A DNA stretch of 61,343 nucleotides, taken from Gemmatimonadota bacterium (lineage in GTDB: Bacteria; Gemmatimonadota; Gemmatimonadetes; Longimicrobiales; Gaopeijiaceae). The stretch lies in the NCBI GenBank assembly GCA_039589315.1, contig JBDHHQ010000029.1:1-61343 (forward strand), written 5' to 3'. Shown piece by piece: positions 48,464 through 58,416 of this stretch. Numbering within the stretch: position 1 is the stretch's first letter; each line of letters starts with the position of its first letter. A program made the translations under genes and the position numbers. The notes under the pieces were generated by a model. The model saw nothing but the letters and a program-made list of their open reading frames with translations. It was not told the DNA's origin and made no database searches.

Positions 48464-48465
48464 CG

Positions 48466-48930
48466 TCAGAACCGGGACGCCCGTGAGAACTCCATCCGGT
48501 TGCCGCTGGGGAAGAAGAGCGTCAGGCGATCGCCTTCGACGCTGAACGTCGAGGGCTCCTCGGCGCCCTCACCGGGGGGCCGCAGGTCCATGCGGAGGGG
48601 GCTTTCGGGCAGACCCTCCATCGCCTCCCCGACGGACAGGTGGTAGAGGTGGGTGAACACCAGATCCTCTCCCGACACCCGGTAGGTCCCTCCCTCCGCC
48701 GAGCCCCGCCGCGGCTCGCCGTCGTCGGTGACGAAGAAGAGCACGGTCCAGTCGACTTCGGTGAAGAAGATCCGCCCCTCCACCTCGTGGCGAGTCCCGT
48801 CGAAGAGCACGTAGGTCTCCGTCGCCCACGCGCCCACCAGGGCCCGTTCCTGGGCCGCAAGGCCGTTCACGAGAACGACGAATCCCACGGCGAAAGCGGC
48901 CAGACCCGTCCTGCGAGCCGTCGAGCGCAC
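48466..48930 (-). CDS. Secreted lipocalin-like protein
   Basis: Signal peptide, LVGAW motif, GTYRV, GDRLTL. Confidence 0.65.
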   Translation of the reverse strand: MRSTARRTGLAAFAVGFVVLVNGLAAQERALVGAWATETYVLFDGTRHEVEGRIFFTEVDWTVLFFVTDDGEPRRGSAEGGTYRVSGEDLVFTHLYHLSVGEAMEGLPESPLRMDLRPPGEGAEEPSTFSVEGDRLTLFFPSGNRMEFSRASRF

Positions 48931-49214
48931 GAATCCTCCTCGTTGTCGGGACTACCCGCTGCGGCCGGGCGTAGCGGACCGATCCCCGTGATGATTCTCC
49001 TCCATCGGTCCGCCAGGCTGGACTTCCCGCAGCGGCGAATCAAGGTTAGCGGTCCCGGTCTGGGGAACGCCACACCCCGATGAGTCCGCACGCACGGCGG
49101 AGAGGCGAGGCGTCGCATGCCCGACGAGCCCTGTGCAGGCCGACCGGAGAGCCGACTCGGGGCGGCCGGCACGCCGCCTCGCTGAAGAGCCGACCCGCGC
49201 CCCTTGGAGAGCCG

Positions 49215-50525
49215 ATGCGCAGCCCGATTCTGATCCTGTCCGCCGTTCTGGTCACCGCCTCCGCCGCACCTCTGTCGGGGCAGGAGGCCCGTGCCCGCTG
49301 GGAGCGCATGTGCCAGATCCGTCACGACAAGTTCGACCTGGTCCTTCCCGAGGTCATGCGGGAGAACCAGATCGACATGTGGATCGTCATGATGCGGGAA
49401 GGGAATCTGGACCCCCTGTACGAGGGCCTGGGGAGGGGATACGTGGGCGGGGACGCCTACTGGATCTTCACCGACCGCGGCGAGGAGCGCATCGAGCGCG
49501 TCACGTTGGGGGTGGGTGGCTACATGCTGGAGCAATGCGGCGTGTACGACGAGGTGGGGGGCTCCGTCGATCTCCAGGCCTTCGTGGCCGAGAGGGATCC
49601 TGCACGAATCGGAGTGAACGTCTCTCGCGCCATCGGTGGAGCGGATGGGCTGTCCCATACCATGTACGAGCAACTGGTGGAGACATTGGGCGACCCGTAC
49701 TCGCACCGGCTGGTCTCGGCAGAGAAGCTCGTGTCGGACTTCCGGTCCCGGCGGGTGGCCACGGAGATCGCGGCGTTCGCCGAGGCCGGGGAGATGTCCC
49801 GACGGATCGCCGAGCGCGCGTTCTCCAACGAGATCATCACGCCCGGCGTCACGACGCTGGAGGACGTGGCGTGGTGGATGCAGGACCAACTGTTGTCCCG
49901 GGGACTCCTGTCCTCGTTCGACATGCCCTCCGTCTACATCACCGGCCCCGACGGGATCGCCGCCACTTCGACGGATCGCATCATTGAGCGCGGGGACCTG
50001 CTGATGATCGACTGGGGCGTGGGTTTCCTGGACTTCTTCACGGACATGAAGCGCGTCGCCTACGTGCTGCGAGAGGGAGAGACGGAGCCGCCGCCCGGTA
50101 TCCAGCATGCCTTCGACGAGGGACTGCGGGTCCGGGAGATCATCCGGGCGAACATCCAGCCAGGGCGCACGGCCGGCGAGACCCTGGAGCTGCTGGAGTC
50201 GGAAGTGGCGGACGCGGGGTTCCGCATGCAAGAGGTCTTCAACCAGGTCACCGACGACGACGTCGCCGAGGTGATGATCGGATCCCATTCGGTGGGGAAC
50301 TGGGGGCACGGCATCGGCCCGTCCATCGCGTTCTTCAACCCAACGCGGCTGACCTACGAGATCAAGCCGTCGAACCTGTTCTCCATCGAGTTCTTCGTGT
50401 GGGTGCCGGCACCCGAGTGGGGCGGGAAGAAGGTCCGGATTCCCCTGGAAGACGACGCGGTCGTGACGGAGCGGGGCGTGGAATGGCTGTACCCGCCGAA
50501 CCGTCGGATCCTACTGATCAAGTAG
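49215..50525 (+). CDS. M24 family (Xaa-Pro-like) metallopeptidase, secreted
   Basis: GDLLMIDWG, TDMKR, GHGIG, FSIE, LEDD; signal peptide. Confidence 0.85.
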   Translation: MRSPILILSAVLVTASAAPLSGQEARARWERMCQIRHDKFDLVLPEVMRENQIDMWIVMMREGNLDPLYEGLGRGYVGGDAYWIFTDRGEERIERVTLGVGGYMLEQCGVYDEVGGSVDLQAFVAERDPARIGVNVSRAIGGADGLSHTMYEQLVETLGDPYSHRLVSAEKLVSDFRSRRVATEIAAFAEAGEMSRRIAERAFSNEIITPGVTTLEDVAWWMQDQLLSRGLLSSFDMPSVYITGPDGIAATSTDRIIERGDLLMIDWGVGFLDFFTDMKRVAYVLREGETEPPPGIQHAFDEGLRVREIIRANIQPGRTAGETLELLESEVADAGFRMQEVFNQVTDDDVAEVMIGSHSVGNWGHGIGPSIAFFNPTRLTYEIKPSNLFSIEFFVWVPAPEWGGKKVRIPLEDDAVVTERGVEWLYPPNRRILLIK

Positions 50526-50647
50526 GCGGAGGGACGGCCTCGCGTGAGCTCAGACCGCGTTCGGACCGACTCGGTTGGGAGCCGTTCGGCGCCGTCTCCC
50601 TCGGTGACGACGCGAACGCCCGGGGCCAGCCGCTTGACCGGGGGCTG

Positions 50648-52003
50648 CTAGACGATCCCGTAGGCGAGCATCGCATCGGCGACTTTCACGAAGCCGGCGA
50701 GATTGGCCCCCTTCACGTAGTCGATCCAGCCGTCGCCGGTTCGTCCGTGTTCGACGCAGCGGGCGTGGATGTCCCGCATGATCGTCTGGAGGTGGCCGTC
50801 CACCTCCTGACGCGACCAGGAAACACGGAGCGCGTTCTGACTCTGCTCGAGGCCTGAGACGGCGACGCCGCCCGCGTTGGCCGCTTTGGCGGGGGCGAAG
50901 AGCACTCTCGCGTCCTTGAACACGTGCACGGCATCGAGCGTGCTCGGCATGTTGGCTCCCTCGGCCAGGCCGACGAGGCCGTTCTCCACCAGTCGTCGCG
51001 CGTCGGACTCAATGAGCTCGTTCTGAGTCGCACAGGGGAACGCCAACTCCACCGGCACCGACCAGGGACCCTGGTCGGGCACGAATCGGGCGCCCGGGAA
51101 GTGTTCGGCATACTCGTGAATGCGCCCTCTCCTCGCCTCCTTCAATTCCTTCAGCCAGGTGAGCTTCTCTTCGTCGATCCCGTCAGGGTCGTGGATGAAA
51201 CCGCCGGAGTCCGAGGCGGTGACGACCTTGGCGCCCAGCTCGACGAGCTTTTCGATCGCGTAGAGAGCCACATTGCCTGAGCCCGACACGGCGCACGTCT
51301 TTCCCTCGATGGCTTCGTCGATCTCCCGCAGCATGTGCTGTGTGAAATACACGGCGCCGTATCCGGTCGCCTCCCTACGCACCAGGGATCCTCCGAACGA
51401 GAGTCCTTTGCCGGTCAGGATACCGGTGAAGCGGTTCTCCATCCGGGCGTACTGACCGAACATGTAGCTGATCTCCCGGGCACCTACGCCGATGTCGCCT
51501 GCCGGCACGTCCGTGTCCTCGCCGATGTGCCGGTGTAGCTCCACCATGAGCGACTGACAGAAGCGCATGACCTCTCGGTCGCTCTTGCCCTTCGGATTGA
51601 AGTTGGCTCCGCCCTTTCCTCCGCCCATCGGCAGTCCCGTGAGGCTGTTCTTGAAAATCTGTTCGAAGCCCAGAAACTTCAGGACGCTCAAGGTCACGGA
51701 GGGATGAAAGCGCATACCGCCTTTGTACGGGCCGATCGCCTTGTTGAACTGGACGCGCCAGGCGCGGTTGACGCGGACGTTGCCGTCGTCGTCCTCCCAG
51801 CACACCCGGAAGATGATCACGCGATCGGGCTCGGTCATGCGTTCCAGGATCTGTGCCCGGCGGTACTCCGGCCGCTCCATCACATGGGGCATCAGCGTCT
51901 CGACGACTTCCCGGACCGCCTGATGGAACTCGGGCTCGGCGGGATTTCGCCTGACGAGGCCGTTCATGAACTGATCGATCTCGGATCGGACAGATGTGCT
52001 CAT
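50648..52003 (-). CDS. gdhA: NADP-specific glutamate dehydrogenase
   Basis: GPYKGGMRFH, GGGKGG, DVPAGDIGVG, REATGYG, GSGNVA, PCATQNE, EGANMP. Confidence 0.96.
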   Translation of the reverse strand: MSTSVRSEIDQFMNGLVRRNPAEPEFHQAVREVVETLMPHVMERPEYRRAQILERMTEPDRVIIFRVCWEDDDGNVRVNRAWRVQFNKAIGPYKGGMRFHPSVTLSVLKFLGFEQIFKNSLTGLPMGGGKGGANFNPKGKSDREVMRFCQSLMVELHRHIGEDTDVPAGDIGVGAREISYMFGQYARMENRFTGILTGKGLSFGGSLVRREATGYGAVYFTQHMLREIDEAIEGKTCAVSGSGNVALYAIEKLVELGAKVVTASDSGGFIHDPDGIDEEKLTWLKELKEARRGRIHEYAEHFPGARFVPDQGPWSVPVELAFPCATQNELIESDARRLVENGLVGLAEGANMPSTLDAVHVFKDARVLFAPAKAANAGGVAVSGLEQSQNALRVSWSRQEVDGHLQTIMRDIHARCVEHGRTGDGWIDYVKGANLAGFVKVADAMLAYGIV

Positions 52004-52086
52004 CGTGGAGTTCTCTCGCGTGAGTCAACGGCTGAGGGCGAGTGTGGCTGGGGGTCGAGGGGCGGGGCTCTCCGTTGGCCCACCGA

Positions 52087-54126
52087 CTACCGAATCCCTT
52101 CAGCCCGCTCCGTGGCCTCCATGGACGCCCGCATCCGCGCGTAGTCGCTGGCGAAGTCGGCCATGACCGCCTGGAAGCCCGGGTCCTCCCGGACGGACTC
52201 GAAAACGGGATCGTCCGGGTGGATCCCGTAGCGATACCCTCGGTCGTGTGCTTCTCGGGCCAGCTCCACGGCCTTGCCGGCCTCCCCCCGCACCGCCGCC
52301 ACGGCCGCCCGTTCCCAATAGACCCACTCCGGGACGCCGTCGCCATGGCGGAAGTCCTGGAGGCGCGACTCGGCGAGCGCCAGGCGTTCCTCGGACGCGG
52401 CGGCCTCACCTACGCGAGCCAGGGCCGCAGCCAGCTGGATGTGATGCAGATGCAGCTCCCATCCACCGGCCGACGCCACGCCGAATGACTCCTCCAGATG
52501 GGTCCTGGCCCGCTCCGGCTGCCCGTCGAACAGGGCCATCAACCCGGCGTGAGCGTGAACGCCCGGGTGCTCGGGGACGCTCTCGACAGCCCTGAGCGCA
52601 TTCTCGTAGGCGGCCTGCGCGTCCCCCTGCCAGAGGTGCCAGTACGATCGCTGCTGAAAGACGGACGTGCCCTCAGGGTGGAGGAGCGCGGCGTCCCGAA
52701 GCCACCGGTCGGCTGTCTCGTAGTCTCCCAGCATCGTGTACAGCTCGGCGGCATTCGTCCGGGGGTATTCCTGCTCGGGCGCCAGACGAGAGGCGCGACG
52801 ATACCAGACCAGCGCCTCGTCCAGCGCACCCATGCCGCTCACGATGGTCCCGATGTTGTTGACCGCCGCGAAATCGTTCGGGTTGATCTCGACGGCGCTA
52901 CGGTAAGCCTCGACGGCTCCCTCGTTGTCCCCGGTGCCCTGGAGGGCAAAGCCCAGGGCCTTGTGGGCTTCGGACAAATGGGGATCGAGCCGAACCGCCT
53001 CCTGCGCCGCCGCCAGGGCCGAGTCGGCGTACGCGGGACCCCATCCGTACTGACGCGAAGCCTGCGCGTAGGCGTCCGCCAGTCCTGCGAGCGCCAGCGC
53101 GAAGCCCGGATCCATCTCCAGGGCAGCCTTGAAGAGACGGATCGATTCCCTGTGGTCCTCGACCGTGTGGCGGCCGTAGGACTCCCTGCCACGCAGATAG
53201 AGGTCATAGGCGGTGAGATTCGAGGTGGGCGAGGCCGCGATCCTGGCCTCCTCCGCCGGAGACAGCGTGGCCTCCAGCGCGCCGGCGACCCGGCGGGCGA
53301 TGTCGCTCTGGATCTCGAAGACGTCCACGAGCTCCCGGTCGTAGGTCTCCGCCCACAGGTGGGCATCGGTCCGGGTGTCGATGAGCTGCGTCGTGATACG
53401 GACCTTGTCCCCCGCTCGGCGGACGCTCCCTTCCAGGATCGTGTTGGCGCCGAGCTCGTCGCCGATCTGCCGCACGCTCTTCTCGGTGTCCGCGTAGCCA
53501 TTGACGGACGTGCGGGAGATCACCGTGAGGGCGGCGATCTTGGACAGGTGGGTGAGGATGTCTTCGTGGATGCCCGCCGCGAAGAACGCGTTGTCCTCGT
53601 CCGGGCTCATGTTCGCGAAGGGCAGGACGGCCACGGTGATGGCTCCCGCCGAGAGCACGTCACCCAGGGGATGCGTCGCTGAGCCCGGGCCGAAGTTGAT
53701 CCCCCGGGCGCCCGTCAGGATCCACGCGGTCGCCACGACGCCCCACAGGGCCATGGCGAGCACGCCGCCCCCGATGGCGTTGCGCCAGGTGAGGAGTCGG
53801 CGTGCGGCCGAGGGCCGCGGGGCAGCATCCGTCGAGGTATTCCCCCCGGCCGTGAGAGGAGCGGACTCCGCTCCCGTCTCAGAGCCACCACCGGGGTCCT
53901 CCGCACCGGCCGCGGATGACGCGCCGTGCTGGACCACGGCAGTGGCGAGGACGACGGGGAGTCCGATGAGCAGGAGCCCCACCGCGAACGGCGGGAACCA
54001 CACCGGCAATCCGGTGGCATCCGTGAGCCCCTGGATCGCTTCGATCACGGCCCACGACACACCCACGTATACCAGGAGGACCTGCCACACCGAGCGTCGA
54101 TGGATCTCCCGGAGCAGGCCCTTCAT
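52087..54126 (-). CDS. Membrane-anchored TolB-N-like/TPR protein
   Basis: N-terminal TM helices, VAVLPFANMS, VISRTS, LEGSVRR, WAETYDR, multiple TPRs; start 54126 or 54141. Confidence 0.85.
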   Translation of the reverse strand: MKGLLREIHRRSVWQVLLVYVGVSWAVIEAIQGLTDATGLPVWFPPFAVGLLLIGLPVVLATAVVQHGASSAAGAEDPGGGSETGAESAPLTAGGNTSTDAAPRPSAARRLLTWRNAIGGGVLAMALWGVVATAWILTGARGINFGPGSATHPLGDVLSAGAITVAVLPFANMSPDEDNAFFAAGIHEDILTHLSKIAALTVISRTSVNGYADTEKSVRQIGDELGANTILEGSVRRAGDKVRITTQLIDTRTDAHLWAETYDRELVDVFEIQSDIARRVAGALEATLSPAEEARIAASPTSNLTAYDLYLRGRESYGRHTVEDHRESIRLFKAALEMDPGFALALAGLADAYAQASRQYGWGPAYADSALAAAQEAVRLDPHLSEAHKALGFALQGTGDNEGAVEAYRSAVEINPNDFAAVNNIGTIVSGMGALDEALVWYRRASRLAPEQEYPRTNAAELYTMLGDYETADRWLRDAALLHPEGTSVFQQRSYWHLWQGDAQAAYENALRAVESVPEHPGVHAHAGLMALFDGQPERARTHLEESFGVASAGGWELHLHHIQLAAALARVGEAAASEERLALAESRLQDFRHGDGVPEWVYWERAAVAAVRGEAGKAVELAREAHDRGYRYGIHPDDPVFESVREDPGFQAVMADFASDYARMRASMEATERAEGIR

Positions 54127-54446
54127 CGTCTCGGGGCGCATGGGTCGTGAACCGACATGGCGCGTCGTGGGGGTTCGACGGTGGAGTTGGACACGTCGAA
54201 CAAGATGCTCCCCAACCACCCCGACTTCAAGCAATACCGGGTCGGTGCTCCGCGGCCTCCCACGAATACCGCTCCGATGGAGCGACCTCCACGGAGGCAC
54301 CGCACCCGGTGCGTCACCGAACAGGTCGCCGGCCTGGCCTCTGACTCGATCCGGGGGTCCGGGGGCTCAGCGGGGGTCGACAAGCGTCGGCGATCTCGCC
54401 AAGATGCCGGACCTCTTCACCTTCAGAGCGGGACGGAAAACCGATC

Positions 54447-54926
54447 ATGCCGAACAGAAGCGTCGTCTTCGACACCAGCGCCGGGACGTTCACCGTCGAG
54501 ATGTTCGAAGACCAGGCTCCCACGACCACGAAGAACTTCCTCGACCTGGTGGCGAAGGGCTACTACGACGGCCTGGTCTTCCACCGTGTCATCGACGGGT
54601 TCATGATCCAGGGCGGCTGTCCCCAGGGGACCGGGATGGGCGGGCCCGGCTATACGATCCCGGACGAATTCCATGCCGAGCTACGTCACGACGCCGCGGG
54701 CGTGCTCTCCATGGCGAACGCCGGGCCCAACACGGGAGGGTCACAGTTCTTCATCACGCTGGCCGCGACGCCCTGGCTCGACGATCGTCACGCCGTATTC
54801 GGCAGGGTGGTCGATGGCATGGACGTGGTCGAGGCCATCGGCCTCACCAAGACAGGCGCCCGCGACCGCCCCGTCACCGACCAGATGGTCAACTCCATCG
54901 CGCTGCAGGGCGACCAAGACTCTTGA
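54447..54926 (+). CDS. Cyclophilin-type peptidyl-prolyl isomerase
   Basis: FHRVIDGFMIQGG, SMANAGPNTGGSQFFIT, WLD..HAVFG. Confidence 0.96.
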   Translation: MPNRSVVFDTSAGTFTVEMFEDQAPTTTKNFLDLVAKGYYDGLVFHRVIDGFMIQGGCPQGTGMGGPGYTIPDEFHAELRHDAAGVLSMANAGPNTGGSQFFITLAATPWLDDRHAVFGRVVDGMDVVEAIGLTKTGARDRPVTDQMVNSIALQGDQDS

Positions 54927-55051
54927 CCTCGGCCGCTACCGAAAAGTGGACCCCGAGCCTGGCGCCGTGACGTCCTCGGGCCAGGAAGGTACCCGCCCTG
55001 AGTAGTCGTGGTCACCGGCCGGAGCCACACGGAACCACTGGGGAGCCGGGC

Positions 55052-55648
55052 ATGACGTACATACCCATCATTCCACTGGAATCGGCCGGGCAAGCGCTCC
55101 GGCGCGCCTACGAGCGGCTCGGCGACGGTGAGGCGGACGACATCCTGCGCATCCACTCGCTGAACCCGTTGTCCATGACGCACCACGTTCAGCTGTATGC
55201 GCACCTGATGCGGGGCCCGAGCCCGTTGTCCCGCGTTCAGCGGGAGATGATCGCCGTCACGGTCTCGGCCGAAAACGACTGCTTCTACTGAATCAACCAT
55301 CACGGAGCGGGTCTCCGCACGCTGCTCGGCGACGGGTCCCTGTCTCGGGCCCTCGCTCTCGATTACACGCAGGCGGACCTCTCGCCGGCGGACCGCTCCA
55401 TGTTGGACTACGCCGTCCGCCTGACGCGGGACCCGGGGTCGGTGCGCGCGGAGGACGTGGCACAGCTCCGGGCCCAGGGCTTCAGTGATCGGGCCATCCT
55501 GGACATCTGTCAGGTCACCGCCTACTACGCCTACGTGAACCGGTTGGCCGACGGATTGGGCGTGGAGCTCGAAGCGTGGTGGGCGGATGAGGAGCTGACC
55601 CTGAGCCGCGAAGAGCTCGAGGTCGCGCGTTCCCGGCGACACGGATAG
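55052..55648 (+). CDS. AhpD/CMD-like peroxidase-related selenoprotein (CxxU), 198 aa with UGA at 55289-55291
   Basis: ORFs 55052-55291 and 55400-55648 share a frame separated only by one TGA: REMIAVTVSAENDCFY-U-INHHGAGL...LTRDP...AYYAYVNRLADGLGV. Confidence 0.88.
55292..55320 (+). promoter_or_regulatory. Candidate bacterial SECIS element
   Basis: Stem CGGAG/CTCCG (55303-55317) with G-rich loop CGGGT, starting 11 nt after the UGA. Confidence 0.6.
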
Positions 55649-55668
55649 CCTCCCGCGGCCGCGAGGCG

Positions 55669-55837
55669 TCAGGTCTCGACGCGGACCTTCAGCCCCAGCG
55701 CTTCCACGAACAGGGCCGTCCGCTTCGACACCGCCCACCGCTCGAGCATCAGGTCTCGACGCGGACCTTCAGCCCCAGCGCTTCCACGAACAGGGCCATC
55801 CGCTTCGACACCGCCCACCGCTCGAGCATCAGGTCTC
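55669..55837. repeat. 80-bp tandem duplication of the ppx 3' end
   Basis: Copies 55669-55748 and 55749-55828 differ at one base (55718 G, 55798 A); TCAGGTCTC occurs at 55669, 55749 and 55829. Confidence 0.95.
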
Positions 55838-57323
55838 CTTTGCCGTGCAGCTTGAGCCTGAGCTCGCCACCCTCGACGCTCGCCTCCACCGCCTCGACGA
55901 GCTGGAGCTGTTGCCGATCCAGGGAATCGGCGATCCGCAGGATGCCGGCCAGAGGCGAGACCTTGGCCCGGTCCTCCGGCGGCATGCGCATGAAGGCGTC
56001 GTGCCGGGGCTCCGGAAGGCTCTTGCGGTGGTACCGCGCCACGTTGGCGGCCAGGAGGATCTGCGCCGCCGAGAGCCCAGGGAGCTCCGACCCGGAGATG
56101 ATGTAGAGTGAGTGCTTGTGGTGCGCGCGCTGGGAGATGTACCCACCGATGTCGTGGAGAATCGCCGCCGCCAACAGGACGAGCCGGTCGTCGGCGGACA
56201 GGTGGTGGAGGTCCACGAGCTGATCGAAAAGGCGCGTGGCGAGCTCGCCGACCTTGAGGCCGTGGGCTTCGTCGAACATGTACTTCCGGCCCAACGACAC
56301 GGCCGCCTGCACCAGCTGCCTCTCCTGCCGGGCCTCGTGCCGGTCGTGGGCCACGAGGGCGTCGACGAGATCCAGGAGGAGGCCCTCCTGCACTCCGACG
56401 CCGGGCACCAGGATCCGGTCGACGCCGACGAGTCGGGCCAGGCGGTGATAGACCATGGCTGCCGGTAGGATGACGTCGGCTCGATCCTCACGGAGGCCCA
56501 GCTGCTCCATTCGGTCCCGGTACGACATGCGCGCCAGCAATTCGATGACCGACTCCAGGCTCGTCACCGGCAGGCTGGCAACGCCGTTCGCGTCCCTCTC
56601 GACCACGGCCAACCGGGCGAGTGACTCGATGTTGCCGCCCGTGGCGATGAAGCCGGAGGGCTCCCAGTATTGGGTCGGGGCGGGCATGCGAAGCACGGAG
56701 ATGTACTCTCCCAGGAGGCGCTGAAAGCGGCCCGGGTCGGTCTCGGATCCGGCCAGCTCCTCGAGAAGGCGCACCGAGCCCATGGTGTGGGACTGGCTCC
56801 AGAGGATGCCGGCGTCGTCCACCAGCGAGACCTCGACGCTGCCGCCGCCGAGGTCGGCCAACACCCACTTGCCCCCGGTCAGGTCGATCCGGCTCGACAC
56901 CGCAAGATGGACCAGGCGTGCCTCTTCCGTGCCTGTGATGACCTCGAGCTCGATGCCGGTCTCCCTGGCGATGCGGTCACGGAGGAGCGGTCCGTTACGG
57001 GCTTCCCGCACCGCGCTGGTGGCGACGGCACGGTAGTGCGCGACGTCCGCCGCCTCCATGTGCTGCCGGAAGGACGCGAACGCGCGCACGGCCGCGTCCA
57101 GGGTGTCCGGGGCGAGACGACCCCGGAGGAAGACCTGGTGCCCGAGCCGCACCGGCACCCGGTCGAATACCAGCGTGCGGTGGTCGGTCGGGCTCGTGAA
57201 CTCGGCCGCCAGGAAGCGGATCGCGTTGGATCCGGCATCGACCCCCGCCGCCCGGACGGGGAATTGGACGGCAGTCGTGGCATCGGCCGACGTCTCCGGG
57301 ACAGAGCCGGCCGATGCCCTCAT
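55749..57323 (-). CDS. ppx: Exopolyphosphatase / pppGpp phosphohydrolase (Ppx/GppA) with HD domain
   Basis: VDAGSNAIR, ATSAVREARN, EEARL, DLGGGSVE, RADVI, LHDIG, ARYHRK. Confidence 0.92.
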   Translation of the reverse strand: MRASAGSVPETSADATTAVQFPVRAAGVDAGSNAIRFLAAEFTSPTDHRTLVFDRVPVRLGHQVFLRGRLAPDTLDAAVRAFASFRQHMEAADVAHYRAVATSAVREARNGPLLRDRIARETGIELEVITGTEEARLVHLAVSSRIDLTGGKWVLADLGGGSVEVSLVDDAGILWSQSHTMGSVRLLEELAGSETDPGRFQRLLGEYISVLRMPAPTQYWEPSGFIATGGNIESLARLAVVERDANGVASLPVTSLESVIELLARMSYRDRMEQLGLREDRADVILPAAMVYHRLARLVGVDRILVPGVGVQEGLLLDLVDALVAHDRHEARQERQLVQAAVSLGRKYMFDEAHGLKVGELATRLFDQLVDLHHLSADDRLVLLAAAILHDIGGYISQRAHHKHSLYIISGSELPGLSAAQILLAANVARYHRKSLPEPRHDAFMRMPPEDRAKVSPLAGILRIADSLDRQQLQLVEAVEASVEGGELRLKLHGKGDLMLERWAVSKRMALFVEALGLKVRVET

Positions 57324-57356
57324 CGGGATCGGTTGACGCGAGACCCGAGGCGTTCC

Positions 57357-58310
57357 TCAGAACACCTCAAAGTCGCCCTTGTCGACCTTCTCCAGGAAGT
57401 CCTCCATGCGCGAATAGATGCGGCTGATCTCCGAGTCCGTGAGGCCGAACTGGTAGACGCCGTCCTTGTCGCGCACCTGTCGTCCCTCGCTGAGGTTCTC
57501 GGTTGGCTCAACCAGGACCAGCTGCCCGTCCCGCGCTTCGAATTGGGCCAGCACGCCCAGAGCCGCGTGCAGGTCCTCCTCCGTGATCTGACGGAGCCGC
57601 TCCACGGTGGCGTGGGGGAACTTCTCGACGCGTAGCTGGCGGTAGCGGAAGCCGACGTCGCTCTCCTCACGGCCGAAAGCGAGCCCGTTGTCCACGGAGA
57701 AGACGCGAGGGTTCTCTGCGTTCGTGGAGATCAGGTAGTTGCCCTTGTTCTCGTCATTGTGGCGGGACAGGTAGGTGAAGAGGTTGAAGTCCGCGAAGTG
57801 GCGCGCGTAGACGGTGTCGGCTTCGAACCGGTCCTCGTCATCGAACCCTTCGTCGGTGACGCTGGACAGCCAGTACTGGATCACGACGACCACGGACTCC
57901 GTGTCCCCGAAGGTCGGACGGACATCTTCCTCGTACTGCTTGTAGTCGTTGACCGGAAACGGCCGGAGCACGGCCGGCGGGACCACGTAGTTGGGCTCGT
58001 CCAGGAACAGCTTCTGGAGCTCGTACGCGGCCACTTCGTTGGCGGGACGGTTGTTGAACGCGCCTCCGCCCCGGGGCGCCGCGCCCCATTTGGTCAGCAT
58101 CATCTGCGACTCGCCGAACCTCATGGTCACCCGCTGGGTGCGGTCTCCCTCGAAGCGGGTGTCCTGCATCTGGGCCACCTCGAAGTCGGCATTGGTCAGC
58201 AGATCCTCCACCTCGGCCGTGGGGAACCAGATGTTGGCGTCCTGGGCCACGAGTCCCGTGGCCAGGCAGGCGCTCAGCGCGAAGACGAGTGGGCTCAGCT
58301 TGGCTCTCAT
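57357..58310 (-). CDS. Secreted atypical kinase-like protein (PI3/4K/HipA-like motifs)
   Basis: Signal peptide; NEVAAYEL, VPP, HNDENKGNYL, VDNGLAF; GGAGG RBS. Confidence 0.7.
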   Translation of the reverse strand: MRAKLSPLVFALSACLATGLVAQDANIWFPTAEVEDLLTNADFEVAQMQDTRFEGDRTQRVTMRFGESQMMLTKWGAAPRGGGAFNNRPANEVAAYELQKLFLDEPNYVVPPAVLRPFPVNDYKQYEEDVRPTFGDTESVVVVIQYWLSSVTDEGFDDEDRFEADTVYARHFADFNLFTYLSRHNDENKGNYLISTNAENPRVFSVDNGLAFGREESDVGFRYRQLRVEKFPHATVERLRQITEEDLHAALGVLAQFEARDGQLVLVEPTENLSEGRQVRDKDGVYQFGLTDSEISRIYSRMEDFLEKVDKGDFEVF

Positions 58311-58416
58311 GCTTTCCTCCTTCGCTTCATCCGCTTGGGAACGGCGGGTCCGAGTGGTAGCCCGAGCGAGGCACGGTGTCCATGGCGGGCTGTCTCGCCG
58401 GGCCGTGTCGGCGACC

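Noticed and set aside
55669..55837. CRISPR array
   Set aside because: Two adjacent 80-bp copies of coding sequence, no spacers and no cas genes
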